DNA of 46,538 bases, the filler included, from Jimgerdemannia flammicorona (taxonomy: Eukaryota), in the NCBI GenBank assembly GCA_003990765.1. It is 2 parts of 2 records of this genome, joined end to end, with 100 filler letters (N's around TTAATTAATTAA, not from the genome) between each part and the next. Parts side by side here need not be neighbours in the genome. Positions count along the whole stretch, not along the records: positions 23,323 to 46,538 come from RBNJ01001137.1; 1 more part is not named here. One strand, written 5' to 3'. Numbering within the stretch: the first letter of the stretch is position 1; the number at the start of each line of letters is the position of its first letter. The notes under the pieces are model-generated. The model was not told the DNA's origin. It worked only from the letters and a program-made list of their open reading frames with translations, and made no database searches. Of this stretch, positions 23,552 to 34,420 are shown in pieces. Both the position numbers and the translations under genes were made by a program.

Positions 23552-25428
23552 GACATTGTCCGCATCGATCTTGCCGTCAAGCATAAGAAGTTCGGCAGCA
23601 CCCCGAACATTAAGGCATCGTTCGACCACGCCAAGGCCGGCAATGGGCGCATACACTTCCTCGGTCTTGTCTCCGACGGCGGTGTACACTCGCACATTGC
23701 GCACCTGTTCCATCTTCTCGAGTCGGCCAAGGAGGCTGGCGTGCCACACGCGTACGTGCATTTCTTCGGTGACGGACGTGACACGTCCCCCAAGTCGTCG
23801 ACCAAGTACCTGCGCGAACTGATCGACGAGATCAAGAAGATCGGGTACGGCGAACTGGCCACAATCGTCGGAAGGTATTACGCCATGGATAGGGACAAGC
23901 GGTGGGAGAGGGTTGGGAAGGCCGTTGATGGGTTGGTTAGGGGTGAGGGCGAGAAGAGCCACGATGCGATTAAGGTAAGGAGATTTGTCATTTGTGGATG
24001 GTTATGGTGGACGTCATCCCCGTACCACACATGCCTTACATACTGCCACTTCAAATTTGCTATATCTCATCAGATCGTCGAGGAGCGCTATGAGGCCGGT
24101 GAGACCGACGAGTTCCTGAAACCGATTATCTTGTCCGAGGAGGGCAGGATTAAGGGTGCGTGCTTATTTCACGCTACGTTTCATGGGTGAAATGGTTGTG
24201 TAGACGGCACTGCGCTGCGGCAAAATCTTATCGCGTACCCCGAACATGCAGCATACTCATTCGACCAAGTTCCTAACCATGCACAATGTTCACCCCCAAC
24301 AGACGGCGACACCCTCTTCTTCTTCAACTTCCGCTCCGACCGCATGCGCGAGATTGCCTCAGCCTTCGGCATCAAACCCCCTCCGTTCGAGACCGAGATT
24401 CCCAAGGATCTGGTACATGAAATGACCCCAACTTCCTATCCTTTACCACTCCCATTTTCTCTCCTTCCGTGACTCACCCTTCTCTCCACCCTCTCTAGCA
24501 CATCACCTCGATGACGCAGTACAAGTCGGACTTCCCGTTCCCCGTAGCGTTCCCACCACAAACAATGGACAACGTACTCGCGGAGTGGCTGGCCAAGAAC
24601 GAGGTCCCGCAAGTGCACGTGGCCGAGACGGAAAAGTACGCGCACGTCACCTTCTTCTTCAACGGCGGCACCGAGGCACAGTTCCCCCTTGAGGAAAGAT
24701 GCATGATTGCCAGCCCGAAGGTTGCCACCTACGACCTCCAACCCGCCATGAGCGCGCAGGAGGTTGCCGATAAAGTCGCCGAGGAGATCGCCAGTGGGAA
24801 GTACCCATTCGTCATGTGCAACTTCGCGCCCCCGGATATGGTGAGTTTTGAGATGGGTTTTGATGGGGTTTGAGGGTGAAGGTGATGTTGCGTTAGGTTC
24901 CTATGGCAAGCGTGATGGATCGCTACAAAATTGTCGAACGGTTTTATTCCCAACTTGGCTGGTACGCGAACGGTTTATTTATGCATTGCACCGTGTCTCT
25001 ATCAGGTTGGTCACACCGGTGTGTACGAGGCCGCCATCAAGGGCGTCGAAGCCACTGGTAAGTCGCATTTCACACTTCCCACGCCTTTCATACAACTTTA
25101 TTGCACCGAATTCCCCTTCCTAATCCCAGAAATTTTCCTACCACCAGACGCTGCGATTGGCACAATCTCTGAGGCGTGCAAATCGCACGACTACGTGCTC
25201 TTCGTGACAGCGGATCACGGCAACGCTGAGAAAATGTTATCGGACGACTTCTCAACCCCACATACTGCCCACACCACCGCCCCCGTGCCCTTCGTCATGG
25301 CCTCCCATAGCCACAAGTTCGTCGACGCCAAGGTCGGCGCCCTGTGCGATGTCGCCCCCACCGTCCTCAGGGTCATGGGCATCGATGTGCCCGAGGAGAT
25401 GACAGGCGTCAGCTTGTTGCAGGAGTAG
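23552..25428 (+). CDS. gpmI: 2,3-bisphosphoglycerate-independent phosphoglycerate mutase (iPGM), 5'-partial
   Basis: Exons 23552-23974, 24074-24155, 24303-24412, 24499-24840, 25006-25057, 25148-25428, all GT-AG and frame-consistent. Motifs GLVSDGGVHSH, DGRDT, GRYYAMDRDKRW, FNFRSDRMR, AETEKYAHVTFFFNGG, DMVGHTG, TADHGNAE, HTAHT. The N-terminal exon(s) with the catalytic Ser are not in this contig. Confidence 0.97.
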
Positions 25429-25945
25429 GGGGGAGGGAGATGGAGGGTCGGTGAAGTCGAAGTGATACGACATTTGGGATGGTAGCTATGTTCGCACCAA
25501 CAAAAAAAAAAAAAAACTAGCAAATGTATTGAATGGGTAAACATGTCCACTGTTGTGGCCAATTGCCTTTTGCGGTCATGAGAATCCTTCAATAAATTAC
25601 GAACGGCACACTAAGGATTCCTTTTTAGACACCATGCCGCCACATCCCATCCAATATACGGCCAACGACAGTCATTCGAAAGCGCATTCCAAGAGCGTGT
25701 TGAATGAAATCACACCATAAAACTCTCGTCCCATCGATACACATACAAAACGGTCTGGTATCCGGCAACTAATCCGACTAGTCAATATCTACAATTTATA
25801 AGTGGTGGCGCCGTAAAAAACGAGTGGAGGAAAGTAATATTCTGGCGATTATCGTTCTTTTCAAACCGCCGACAATGGGGAAGGAGGGAAAGGAGGGACG
25901 GAAAGATGGGGAAATGTGTGGGCGACAAAAAAGCGCGGAGGATAT

Positions 25946-26457
25946 TTAGAGGTTTGACTTGATCAGGTCCTGGAGCTTGGCAACGTTGGCACCGACGACC
26001 TCGCCGAGCCTTTGGCCATTCCTGAAGGCCAGGAAGGTCGGCATGGCGCGGATGTTCATCGCCTCGGAGACGTCCTGTGCGTGCAAAAAGGTGTGAGGCG
26101 GATTAGTTAGCGTCCCGAACGCGTAGTATGTGAAGCAGTGCATAAAAGGCCATAGACGTACTGGAATTTCGTCGACGTCAATCTTGACGAAGATAACATT
26201 GGAGTAGTCCTTTTCATTGGAGAAGCCCTCAAACTTGGGGGAAATGACCTGGCAGGGGCCACACCAAGTGGCGAAGAAGTCAACGACAACCTTTGCGAGG
26301 CGAGAGAGGTTAGGGAGCCGGTGAGCGATGTTATGACACGTTTTCAAAGCTGACGAGGAGGACGACTGGAAAGAAAAGGAGAGGACATGCATACCAGCTT
26401 GTCGCCGTTGATCAATTCGTTGAACGCATCAAGGTTGGCGGGGTGCTGGAGAGGCAT
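25946..26457 (-). CDS. TRX: Thioredoxin (106 aa, 3 exons)
   Basis: Exons 26457-26395, 26290-26162, 26074-25946 with GTATGC/AAG and GTACGT/CAG splice sites. VVVDFFATWCGPC active site and AMPTF cis-Pro motif. Confidence 0.97.
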
Positions 26458-26538
26458 GTTGAGTTGTTTTGTGGTAGGTTTGGGAAAGGTAAAAGCTTGC
26501 AAGAGAAGAGTATGTATTTTTTGAAATGTTGGACGCGG

Positions 26539-26546
26539 TTTATATA
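26539..26546 (-). promoter_or_regulatory. TATA box of thioredoxin
   Basis: TATATAAA on the minus strand ~85 bp upstream of the ATG. CCAAT motifs at ~26585 and ~26623. Confidence 0.55.
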
Positions 26547-27158
26547 GGTTGGAATATTTTACATTTGTCATATCCGATGACCGCATTGGAGCGCGCAGCC
26601 AACCAACCAGCACGCGCCGTAGCCAATGATGCCATCTCGTGGGAACGCGTCCGACACTGTTTTTGTCGGCACATTCGACATCGGTCCAGCCAGCACTGCG
26701 GTCGAGCTCCTCTTCAACATCGGTTCAGCACTGCGGTCGATCCCAAATAGGTATAAGTTCCTTGGCGGAATCAAAAGAGGATATTTGCTGCGCGCATGTA
26801 TGTAAATATCCGAGAAAGGAGAGATGGATAGACGATGTAGTCTGGGGGCTAGAAGCCATAAAGCTGGGGCGCTGAGGGTTAGAAACTATACACTGTTTCG
26901 TCCCCTTGGCCGTAGTTATATTAATTAACCCTCCAGATCAGTTTTGTATATCGGTTACTGTATGAAAATGTTGGAGGTAGGCAATGACCAAATAAGTATA
27001 AGTCGTACAAATGCTGGGCATTCGTCACTATAGGGGTAACCCAGCTGAACAGGGGTTCGGGCAAAGTGATTTATAGAACTATTCCGCTGGTCTCTTTGGG
27101 GGTAGAGGTGATTTGTGCTGACAATGAGATCACATGTCACTGATCTAAAATCCTACTA

Positions 27159-27432
27159 GTGTTCCGAACTGAGTTGACAGCAAAAATCCCGATTTCTATT
27201 TAAATTCAACGAAACGCCATGTTTTGGTTTCACTGAATTTGGAACAAAACGTCGTTCGGATCGAACTAAACTATGACCCATGGACGTTTTATCGAAACCT
27301 AGATTTCCAGAATGCCCTTAATCAGATGAATCTAGCAAGCATAGTTTCGTTGAATTTGGGCGAATATTCATAGAGAAATCGGGATTTTTGTCAGAGACCC
27401 ATGTCAACCCAAAAGCAATCTGTTCAGAACAC
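27159..27432. mobile_element. MITE with TIRs, TA-flanked
   Basis: TA-GTGTTCCGAAC...GTTCAGAACAC-TA. Internal inverted pairs CAAAAATCCCGATTTCT/AGAAATCGGGATTTTTG and AAATTCAACGAAAC/GTTTCGTTGAATTT. Confidence 0.8.
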
Positions 27433-27925
27433 TACTGCAGACAATGTCAATTTGAATTCAATTTGATTTATTTTCTGATATTGCTGCTATCCAATTTGAT
27501 TTTATTCTATATAAAAATATTTACCAACAATCAAATTCATGAACTAATTCACTAGTAATGTCTTTATTATCAATCAAACCTTCAAAAGTTAAATTATCTA
27601 CATTACTATCAAAATTATCCTCTGATTTTAAAATCTAAATCAATAATTAAAGAATTAGCTTTTGCTTCTTTTTATATAAAAAATTATATTTTATAACTAA
27701 ATCTTCTTTATTTTTATAAACTCTTTTTAGTACTCTAAATAGATTAAATTTATTCAGATAAGATTCAAATTAGATTTATTATATAATAGATTCAAATCAA
27801 CTAAATCAACTCAGATTTGCCTTTGATCCAATCTAATTAGATCAATCTGGATCAATCTGAATCAATTTGAATCTTTAATGATATTATTTCTTTTTTGTAT
27901 ATATTTGAATATATTCAATATATTA

Positions 27926-28388
27926 TATAATAGTTCTAGTTTCTTTAAGAGAAAGCAGCTTAATCTGGAAGTTCTAGTTAGTCTAAAGTAGCTTCAAGAG
28001 ATACTTAAAAGTTCAAGTGTTCTTGAAGAATTTCTGGAAGAAAATATTCTGAGCTTTATTCAGGTAGAGAATAAGGATATTTATATATGATCTAAAAGAA
28101 AGATCCAGAAGGATCTTGAAAAGAAAGAGAAATATCAAGAAATAAGTTCTCAGCAAAGCTGACTAATACTGTTCTATAATGTTCTGAAAGGTTCTATAAC
28201 TAGCTAAGACAAGATACTTAGTACCAAAGAAAGATAAGAATATTCTAGTAGTGTCTAGACATCAAGAGAAGATTTCTAAGTAAGTAGAAAGTGGCAGAAT
28301 ATAGTAGAATATTTAAGAAATAACAAGAAAAGACTAACTAAAAAACATGAAAATATACTAAGACTAAATATGACTATAAATTATTATA
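27926..28388 (-). repeat. 3' LTR (463 bp)
   Basis: Direct repeat of 33613-34076 and 44761-45224. Polypurine tract adjacent at 28389-28402 on the minus strand. Confidence 0.93.
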
Positions 28389-28739
28389 TCTCTCTTTTCT
28401 TAAGAACTAATATCCTCATTGAGTTCTTAGGTAATACAAGACTAGATATACTTAACCAAAATTTCTCAAACTTATATTGGCACATTAGTAGAGATTGACC
28501 ATCCTTATATAGAGCAGAGGGTCTATTATCAGATTAATCAACTAGGAGGGGTTCGAACCCAGCTAGTAGCTTTATTTTGATAGACTTCTTATTCATTAAA
28601 TATTCTGCTGGTTTTAGGATTCCAAAGTAAACTTCAAATGTATAAGATACTGATTATTACTATAGATTATTGACAATTCAAGAAAGTTACTATAGAGATT
28701 GGGTAATGTGTTTTATCTTGAAGTTTTGAACTAGATCTT

Positions 28740-28867
28740 AAGAGTTCTTGAGGTTGACCAGTAGTTTCCAGGTAGTATCATATTCAAAGTAATCCATCCA
28801 CTTAACTAGATATTCAGAATAGTGATAGTAGATTTATTTGTCAAGGATTTTCTCAGCTTTGTACTCA
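28740..28867 (-). pseudogene. Integrase C-terminal chromodomain
   Basis: EYKAEKILDK*IYYHYSEYLVKWMDYFEYDTTWKLLVNLKNS. Confidence 0.88.
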
Positions 28868-29097
28868 ATATAGTCTTCAATAATCACAGGGGCAGATGGC
28901 TTAGAAATTTGACCAGAGTAGAGCAGTAACTAGTTTTAGATCTTGAGGTATGATATATGAAAGACTAGGTATACTCTTATGATTTCAGATAGCTTGAGGT
29001 AGTAGGAGAATATAGAGACTTATTTAGTGATCTTGAAAGGTCCAATATACTTGAGTTGAAACTTATTCAAAGGATGGTTGACTTGAGATTATATTTT

Positions 29098-29124
29098 GAA
29101 TATTTATAAAAAAAAAAAAAAAAA
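29098..29124 (+). mobile_element. Extremely 5'-truncated retroposed insert (about 10 nt plus A17)
   Basis: GAATATTTAT(A)17 flanked by the 13-bp direct repeat GAGATTATATTTT (29085-29097, 29125-29137). Removing it restores integrase LSTKNLKI*SQVNHP. Confidence 0.85.
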
Positions 29125-32100
29125 GAGATTATATTTTAAGATTCTTAGTAGATAGTAGAACTTGATCTTCAATAGTGTAAGTGATATTATGATATTTCTT
29201 ATTAGTATACTTGACTTGATGCTATTGAGTCTTTTGAAGATTCATAGTAATAATCTTAAGTAGTTTGTCTATTTTGTCTATAAGACTCTTAGTAGTAGAG
29301 ACTTATATTTAACTACTTTTTTTGAAAGAGAATAGACTTACAAGAGTCTTGGAATCTTGACCATAAAGTAACCAAAAAGAGAAAAGACTAATAGATGATT
29401 GGATGGTATTGTTGTATATGAACTCTATATAAGTCAGATAGTGGTCTCAATTATCTTACTTATAAGAAATATAGTTTCTAAGTATTTGTTCTAGAGTTCT
29501 GTTCATGTACTTGGTTTGTCTATTAGTTTGTAGGTAAAAGATAGTAAATATAGCCAATTGGGTTCCTAGAGTCTTGAAGAGAGTTTGCTAGAAGTAACTG
29601 GTAAACTTGGGGTTATAATTACTAATAATTACTCATAGTAAGTCATAGTGATAGAAGATGAACTTGAAGAAGATTTTTACAATCTTGGGTATAGTAGTAT
29701 TGATGGTAGTTGGTTCAGTAACCATAGTCTTAGTCAGACAGTCAATAAATATAATGATAGCATCAGTATCAGATTGAGTTTGTAGTAGTTGAATTATGAA
29801 GTCCATGATAACTTACTTAAATTTCTTAGAAGGAATTGGTAGTGGTTATAGTAAACTAGTTGTCACTTAGTTGGTAGACTTGTTGTATTGGCATAGATTA
29901 TAGCTGGCAATATAGTTCTTGATTTTCTTGACCATACTTGGCCAATAATAGTAGCATTAGATGTTCTTGACAGTCTTCTCAATTTCTAGATAACTAGCAA
30001 GAGGAGAGTCATGGTGTTCTTGTAAAACCTTATAATATAGGTTCATGTTTTCAGATAGATAGACTTAGTCTTGATGATAGATCAGATTATTCTTAATAGC
30101 ATATATATCCTTGAGCTCATTTAAGAAAACTCTAGTAGTGACTGTGTCTTCTTTATAAGCTTGCCTAATTTGGTCTAGGAATTCTGATACCAAGGTGACT
30201 TACATGATTGTAGTGAGGTCAGAGTATCTTGATAAGATATCTAGTACTATAAGTATCTTACTAGGCTTGTAGATAATCATTAGATTGAAGGTTTGAAGTT
30301 TGAGGCTTTACTTGGCTTATAGATATGACAGAGTAGGTTAGATGTTGATATACTTAAGGAATTGATGGTCAGTAATGACATTAAACTCAATATCTTCTAG
30401 ATAGTATCATCAGTGGTCTAGTATATGTATTATTGCCAGTAATTCCTTCTTATAGATAACTAGCTTTTGTTTGGCTGAAGCTAACTTGTGGGACTTGAAA
30501 GCAATGGGATGATATTCTTTATTATTATCTTATAACAGAACTACTCTAATGGTAAAATTTGATACATTAGTAATAACTATGAATTTTAGACCTTAATCTA
30601 CATTATATAGAACTAGAGCATAGGTCAGATGATTCTTGAGTTCTTGAAAAGCTTATTGACAGAAGAGATCTCAGGTATAGGGTACATAGTAGTCTGAGTA
30701 TAGAGTCTTTCTTATGAGATTAGTCAGTGACTCAGCAATGCTAGAGAAGTTTCTGACAAAGTAGCAGTAGTAGCTAGCTAGACCAAAGAAGGATCAGAGT
30801 TCTATAAGGTTTGATAGAATAGACTATTCTTAAATTGCCACTATCTTGTATAGATCTACTTGAATTCCTTATATAGAGATAATGTAGCTAAGATATTTGA
30901 CTTATTTTTTGAAGAATTTGCACTTCTTGAGCTTAGTATAAAGCTTGTGTTTTCACAGGATCTCCAGAACTATTCAAATATATTTGAGGTATTCTTTTTT
31001 AGTTATACTAAAGATCAGAATATTGTCAAGATATATCAATAGGAAAATAAATAGTTAATTCTTGAATATCTTATTCATCAGAGTCTGGAATATGGCAGAT
31101 ATATTGGTGAGATCAAATACTAAGACCAAGAATTCATAGAGTCTAAAGAGGGTCATGAATGTAATATTGAGAATATCTTCTGACTTAATTTGAATTTGGT
31201 GCTATCTTAATATGAGGTCCAACTTAGTGAAGTACTTGGTATTCTTAAGAGTATTAAAGATTTAATCAATCAAGAATAGTAGATAGTAGTTCTTGATAGT
31301 AAGCTTGTTGAGTGTATGATAGTCTATGTATATTTGTAGAGTACTATTCTTCTTTTTGATGAATAAGACTAGTGAGCCATAAGGATATTTGCTTGGCTGG
31401 ATAGCTCCTTATATAAGTAGTTCTTCTAGTTTCTTCTTGACTGCTTCAATTTTAAGTAGTAATATATAATATATATATTTCTTAAGTAGTATAGCTCCTG
31501 AAGTCAGTTCAATTTCATGATCAACTTCTCATATAGGTGGTAGGCCAGATAGCTTATCTAGAAAGACATTTTTGAATTCTTCTAGTAGTAACTTGATACT
31601 TTCATTGACTGATAGTCTCTTGTCTTGTTTTTTGGAGCAGACCATTATAACAAAGGTATATATTATCTTCTTAAGTGCTCTCTTATACTGTATAGCTGAC
31701 AGTATTACAATCTGGGTTTTGCTCATAGTCTTGTCTATCTTGATAGTGATGTTGGCTCTATCTTGAAGTAAGATGACTTCATTCTTACACCAATCAATAT
31801 CTGAGTTGTGTTTTGTAAGCCAGGGTTTTCCTAGGATCAGATCATGATCTCTTAGTAGTATAACCTCAAAGTCTACTCATTCTCAATATTTCTGAATCTT
31901 GATGGATAGTTTGACAGCAATTGACTTGATGGGGTGCAGAGTACTATCTGTAGTAACTATACTATTGTTCTTGAGTATAGGCTTGGTAAGAATCTTGAGG
32001 CTTTCAATGAGGTTCTGATTGATGAAGTTCTCTGCAGCTCTGCTGTCTATAAGTACTTGAACTTCTTTTCCTTTGACTAGATCTTTGAAAATGAGTATAG

Positions 32101-32134
32101 CTTGAACTTGAATTTTACTAAGACTTGCTGCTTA

Positions 32135-32545
32135 ATCAGTACTACCAAAATCTTTTTGATCTTATTTAGTTTCAAGAAGTTCTTGAACTTCTGTAATTTT
32201 GAGTTAACTGGCTTTTTTTAAGATCATTTGTATGACTCAGTCTCCTTTCTTGACTGTGTAGTCTTGATCCTTCTGATTGATAAGTAGGACTTGAACTTAT
32301 CCTTGAAAGTCTAGATCAATAATACTAGTATCTGTATCTAAATAATGTTTAATACTAAGTTCTAATCATGGTGCAATTCTGGCATAATGATCTTCAGGAT
32401 ATTGAACTGCAATTCTAGTAGGTACTAGAGTTCAGTCCTTGGTTAGAATGGTGACTTATTTGACAGAGTGTAGGTCAAGACCAATAGCTCCTTCTGTTTG
32501 ATATTGAGAGATCTGGGCCTTCAGATGAAGCTTTTTGATCTTGAG
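32135..32545 (-). pseudogene. dut: Trimeric dUTPase domain within gag-pol
   Basis: LKIKKLH..AQI..QTEGAIGLDL (motif I), YARIAP*LEL (II), SIIDLDFQG*V (III), KKGD*VIQMI (IV), ETK*DQKDFGST (V). Most deviations from consensus are C>T/G>A changes. Confidence 0.92.
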
Positions 32546-33599
32546 CTCAGATTGACTAGTAGTGGAGTTGACAGGTATATCTTTGGATAATATGGTAACT
32601 GGTCTTGAGAGTTTACTAGTCTTCTTAAGACATTTGGTTGCAATGTATCCTATTTAATAATAGAAGAAATAAGCTCTAGATTTCTTCAGGCAGTCCTTTT
32701 CTTTAGGGGTAAGCTTGGTGTTCTTTTTTTTCATAGTGTTTAAATCTATTAATACTGGGCCAACTGTCCTTGATTAGTTTCTGTAACAGTTCTCAAAGTA
32801 GTTTTTTTTATAGTATTCTAGTTCAAAGTAGTTACCAAAGATAATGATATCAAACCTATCAGTAATTCTCATAGCTTCATCAAGGTTTTTGGACTCTTTT
32901 AGCTCAATCTTGACTCACGTGTTTCTCTTCAGACCTTGGACATAGTAGTCTATCTTTTTGTCCTCAGATATTGCTAGTAGCTCAAGTAGAATTGATAAGA
33001 ATTATGTATTGTAGCTTTGTACAGACTTGAATTGCTTGATGTTCACTAACTTATCTCTGGCTAGCTTGGTAGTATTAGCAGACTTGAACTACCTATAAAG
33101 GGCTCTTTTGAAAGCTTTCTAGTTTCTGATTTATATATATAAGTATATAGATATAGTCATAATATGATTACATCACCAGATAGCTACATTTTCTTAAAGA
33201 AGTGTAGTGGCAAATTAGACTTGTATATCTTCTTTCATTCTTGTAAGCTTAAAGTATTGGTCTAACTAGAAGGTCCATATATCTGTAGATAGTTCTCCTC
33301 AATGACTATTAAAGATATCTGACTTGAGTAGTTTGAAACTAACTAATACTATAGTAGAATGTGATATACTTGTAGTTCTTGTTTTCTGCTGTTCTAGTTG
33401 TACTTGAAGTTCTTGAATTTGGTAGGCTATAGTAGTAATTATTTCCTCTATACTAACTTATAGTCCTCCTACTTCTTCTGTAATAGAGAGATCTGACTGA
33501 TAGACTGACTCTTCACAGCTCATTTAGATTTGTGTGACTGGTTGTGACTGGTTTCTGAATTTATGTAAGGTTTCTTAATAAGGCAAGGTGTAATGACAT

Positions 33600-33612
33600 T
33601 GCTGCTACCAAG
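33600..33612 (-). promoter_or_regulatory. Primer binding site (initiator tRNA-Met type)
   Basis: CT-TGGTAGCAGCA immediately inside the 5' LTR. Confidence 0.75.
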
Positions 33613-34076
33613 TATAATGATTCTAGTTTCTTTAAGAGGAAGTGGCTTAATCTAGAAGTTCTGGTTGGCCTAAAGTAGCTCAAAGAGATACTTAAAGATT
33701 CAAGTGTTCTTGAAGAATTTCTGGGAGAAAATATTCCAAGCTTTATTTAAGTAGAGAATAAGGATATTTATATATGATCTAAAAGAAATATCCAGAAGGA
33801 TCTTGGAAAGAAAAAGAAATGCCAAGAAATAGCTTCTTAACAAAGCTGACTAATACTGTTCTACAATGTTCTGAAAGATTCTATAACTAGCTAAGACAAG
33901 ATACTTGGTGCTAAAGAAAGATAAGAATATTCTAGTAGTGTCTGAGCACTAAGAGAAGGTTTCTAAGCAAGTAGAAGATAGCAGAACATAGTAGAATATT
34001 TAAAAAATAACAAGAAAAGACTAACTAAAAGATGCAAAAATATACTAAGACTAAATATAATAGTAAAATTGTTGCA
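33613..34076 (-). repeat. 5' LTR (464 bp)
   Basis: Direct repeat of 27926-28388, adjacent to the PBS. Confidence 0.93.
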
Positions 34077-34139
34077 TACTATCTTTATATTTACTATCTT
34101 TATTATAATACTATAACCCCTCCTCTCCTTAGAGAACTA

Positions 34140-34378
34140 TTACTTAATACACTTATAAGTATACAACCTTCAAGTCAATGAAATCACATGTTACCCTCTA
34201 AACAAATCTGGAAATTATATATAAGATTATAAAGCTGAGTCAAACTGAAGTTATAGAATATAAAGCTAAGTCAACTTGAAATTATAGAATATAAGATTTA
34301 TACAAACAGAACCTTACTAACCAGGACTAAATATATATATACTGAGTACTCAGATGTATTGAAATAGAGAACTACAAT
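34140..34378 (+). repeat. ~240-bp direct repeat, copy 1 (copy 2 at 41126-41365)
   Basis: Shared GAAATTATATATAAGATTATAAAGCTGAGTCAAAC...ATTGAAATAGAGAACTA with an internal ~27-bp subrepeat. Confidence 0.85.
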
Positions 34379-34420
34379 AAATCAAACAAACAACTACAAC
34401 TCTTGAATATATATATAATC

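Larger units (their letters stand above)
27926..34076 (-). mobile_element. Complete Ty3/Gypsy chromovirus LTR retrotransposon with dUTPase, degenerate
   Basis: LTRs 33613-34076 and 27926-28388. TSD TATTA/TACTA. PBS TGGTAGCAGC and a PPT. Domain order Gag - Zn knuckle - dUTPase - PR (VLIDSRA) - RT (IDYHTLN, YFTKLDL, YLDNILIFS) - RNase H (KELLAI, ITDHQ) - IN (HHDSP, MDFI, GPF) - chromodomain. Confidence 0.95.

Noticed and set aside
23552..25428. iPGM as recent bacterial HGT or contamination
   Set aside because: Five complete spliceosomal introns and a fungal-type neighbour. iPGM is native to many fungi.
25502..25516. A-run after iPGM as a retroposon tail
   Set aside because: No flanking TSD or element body; likely a 3' UTR homopolymer.
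23543..25592. Minus-strand ORFs overlapping iPGM
   Set aside because: Antisense shadows of GC3-rich coding exons.
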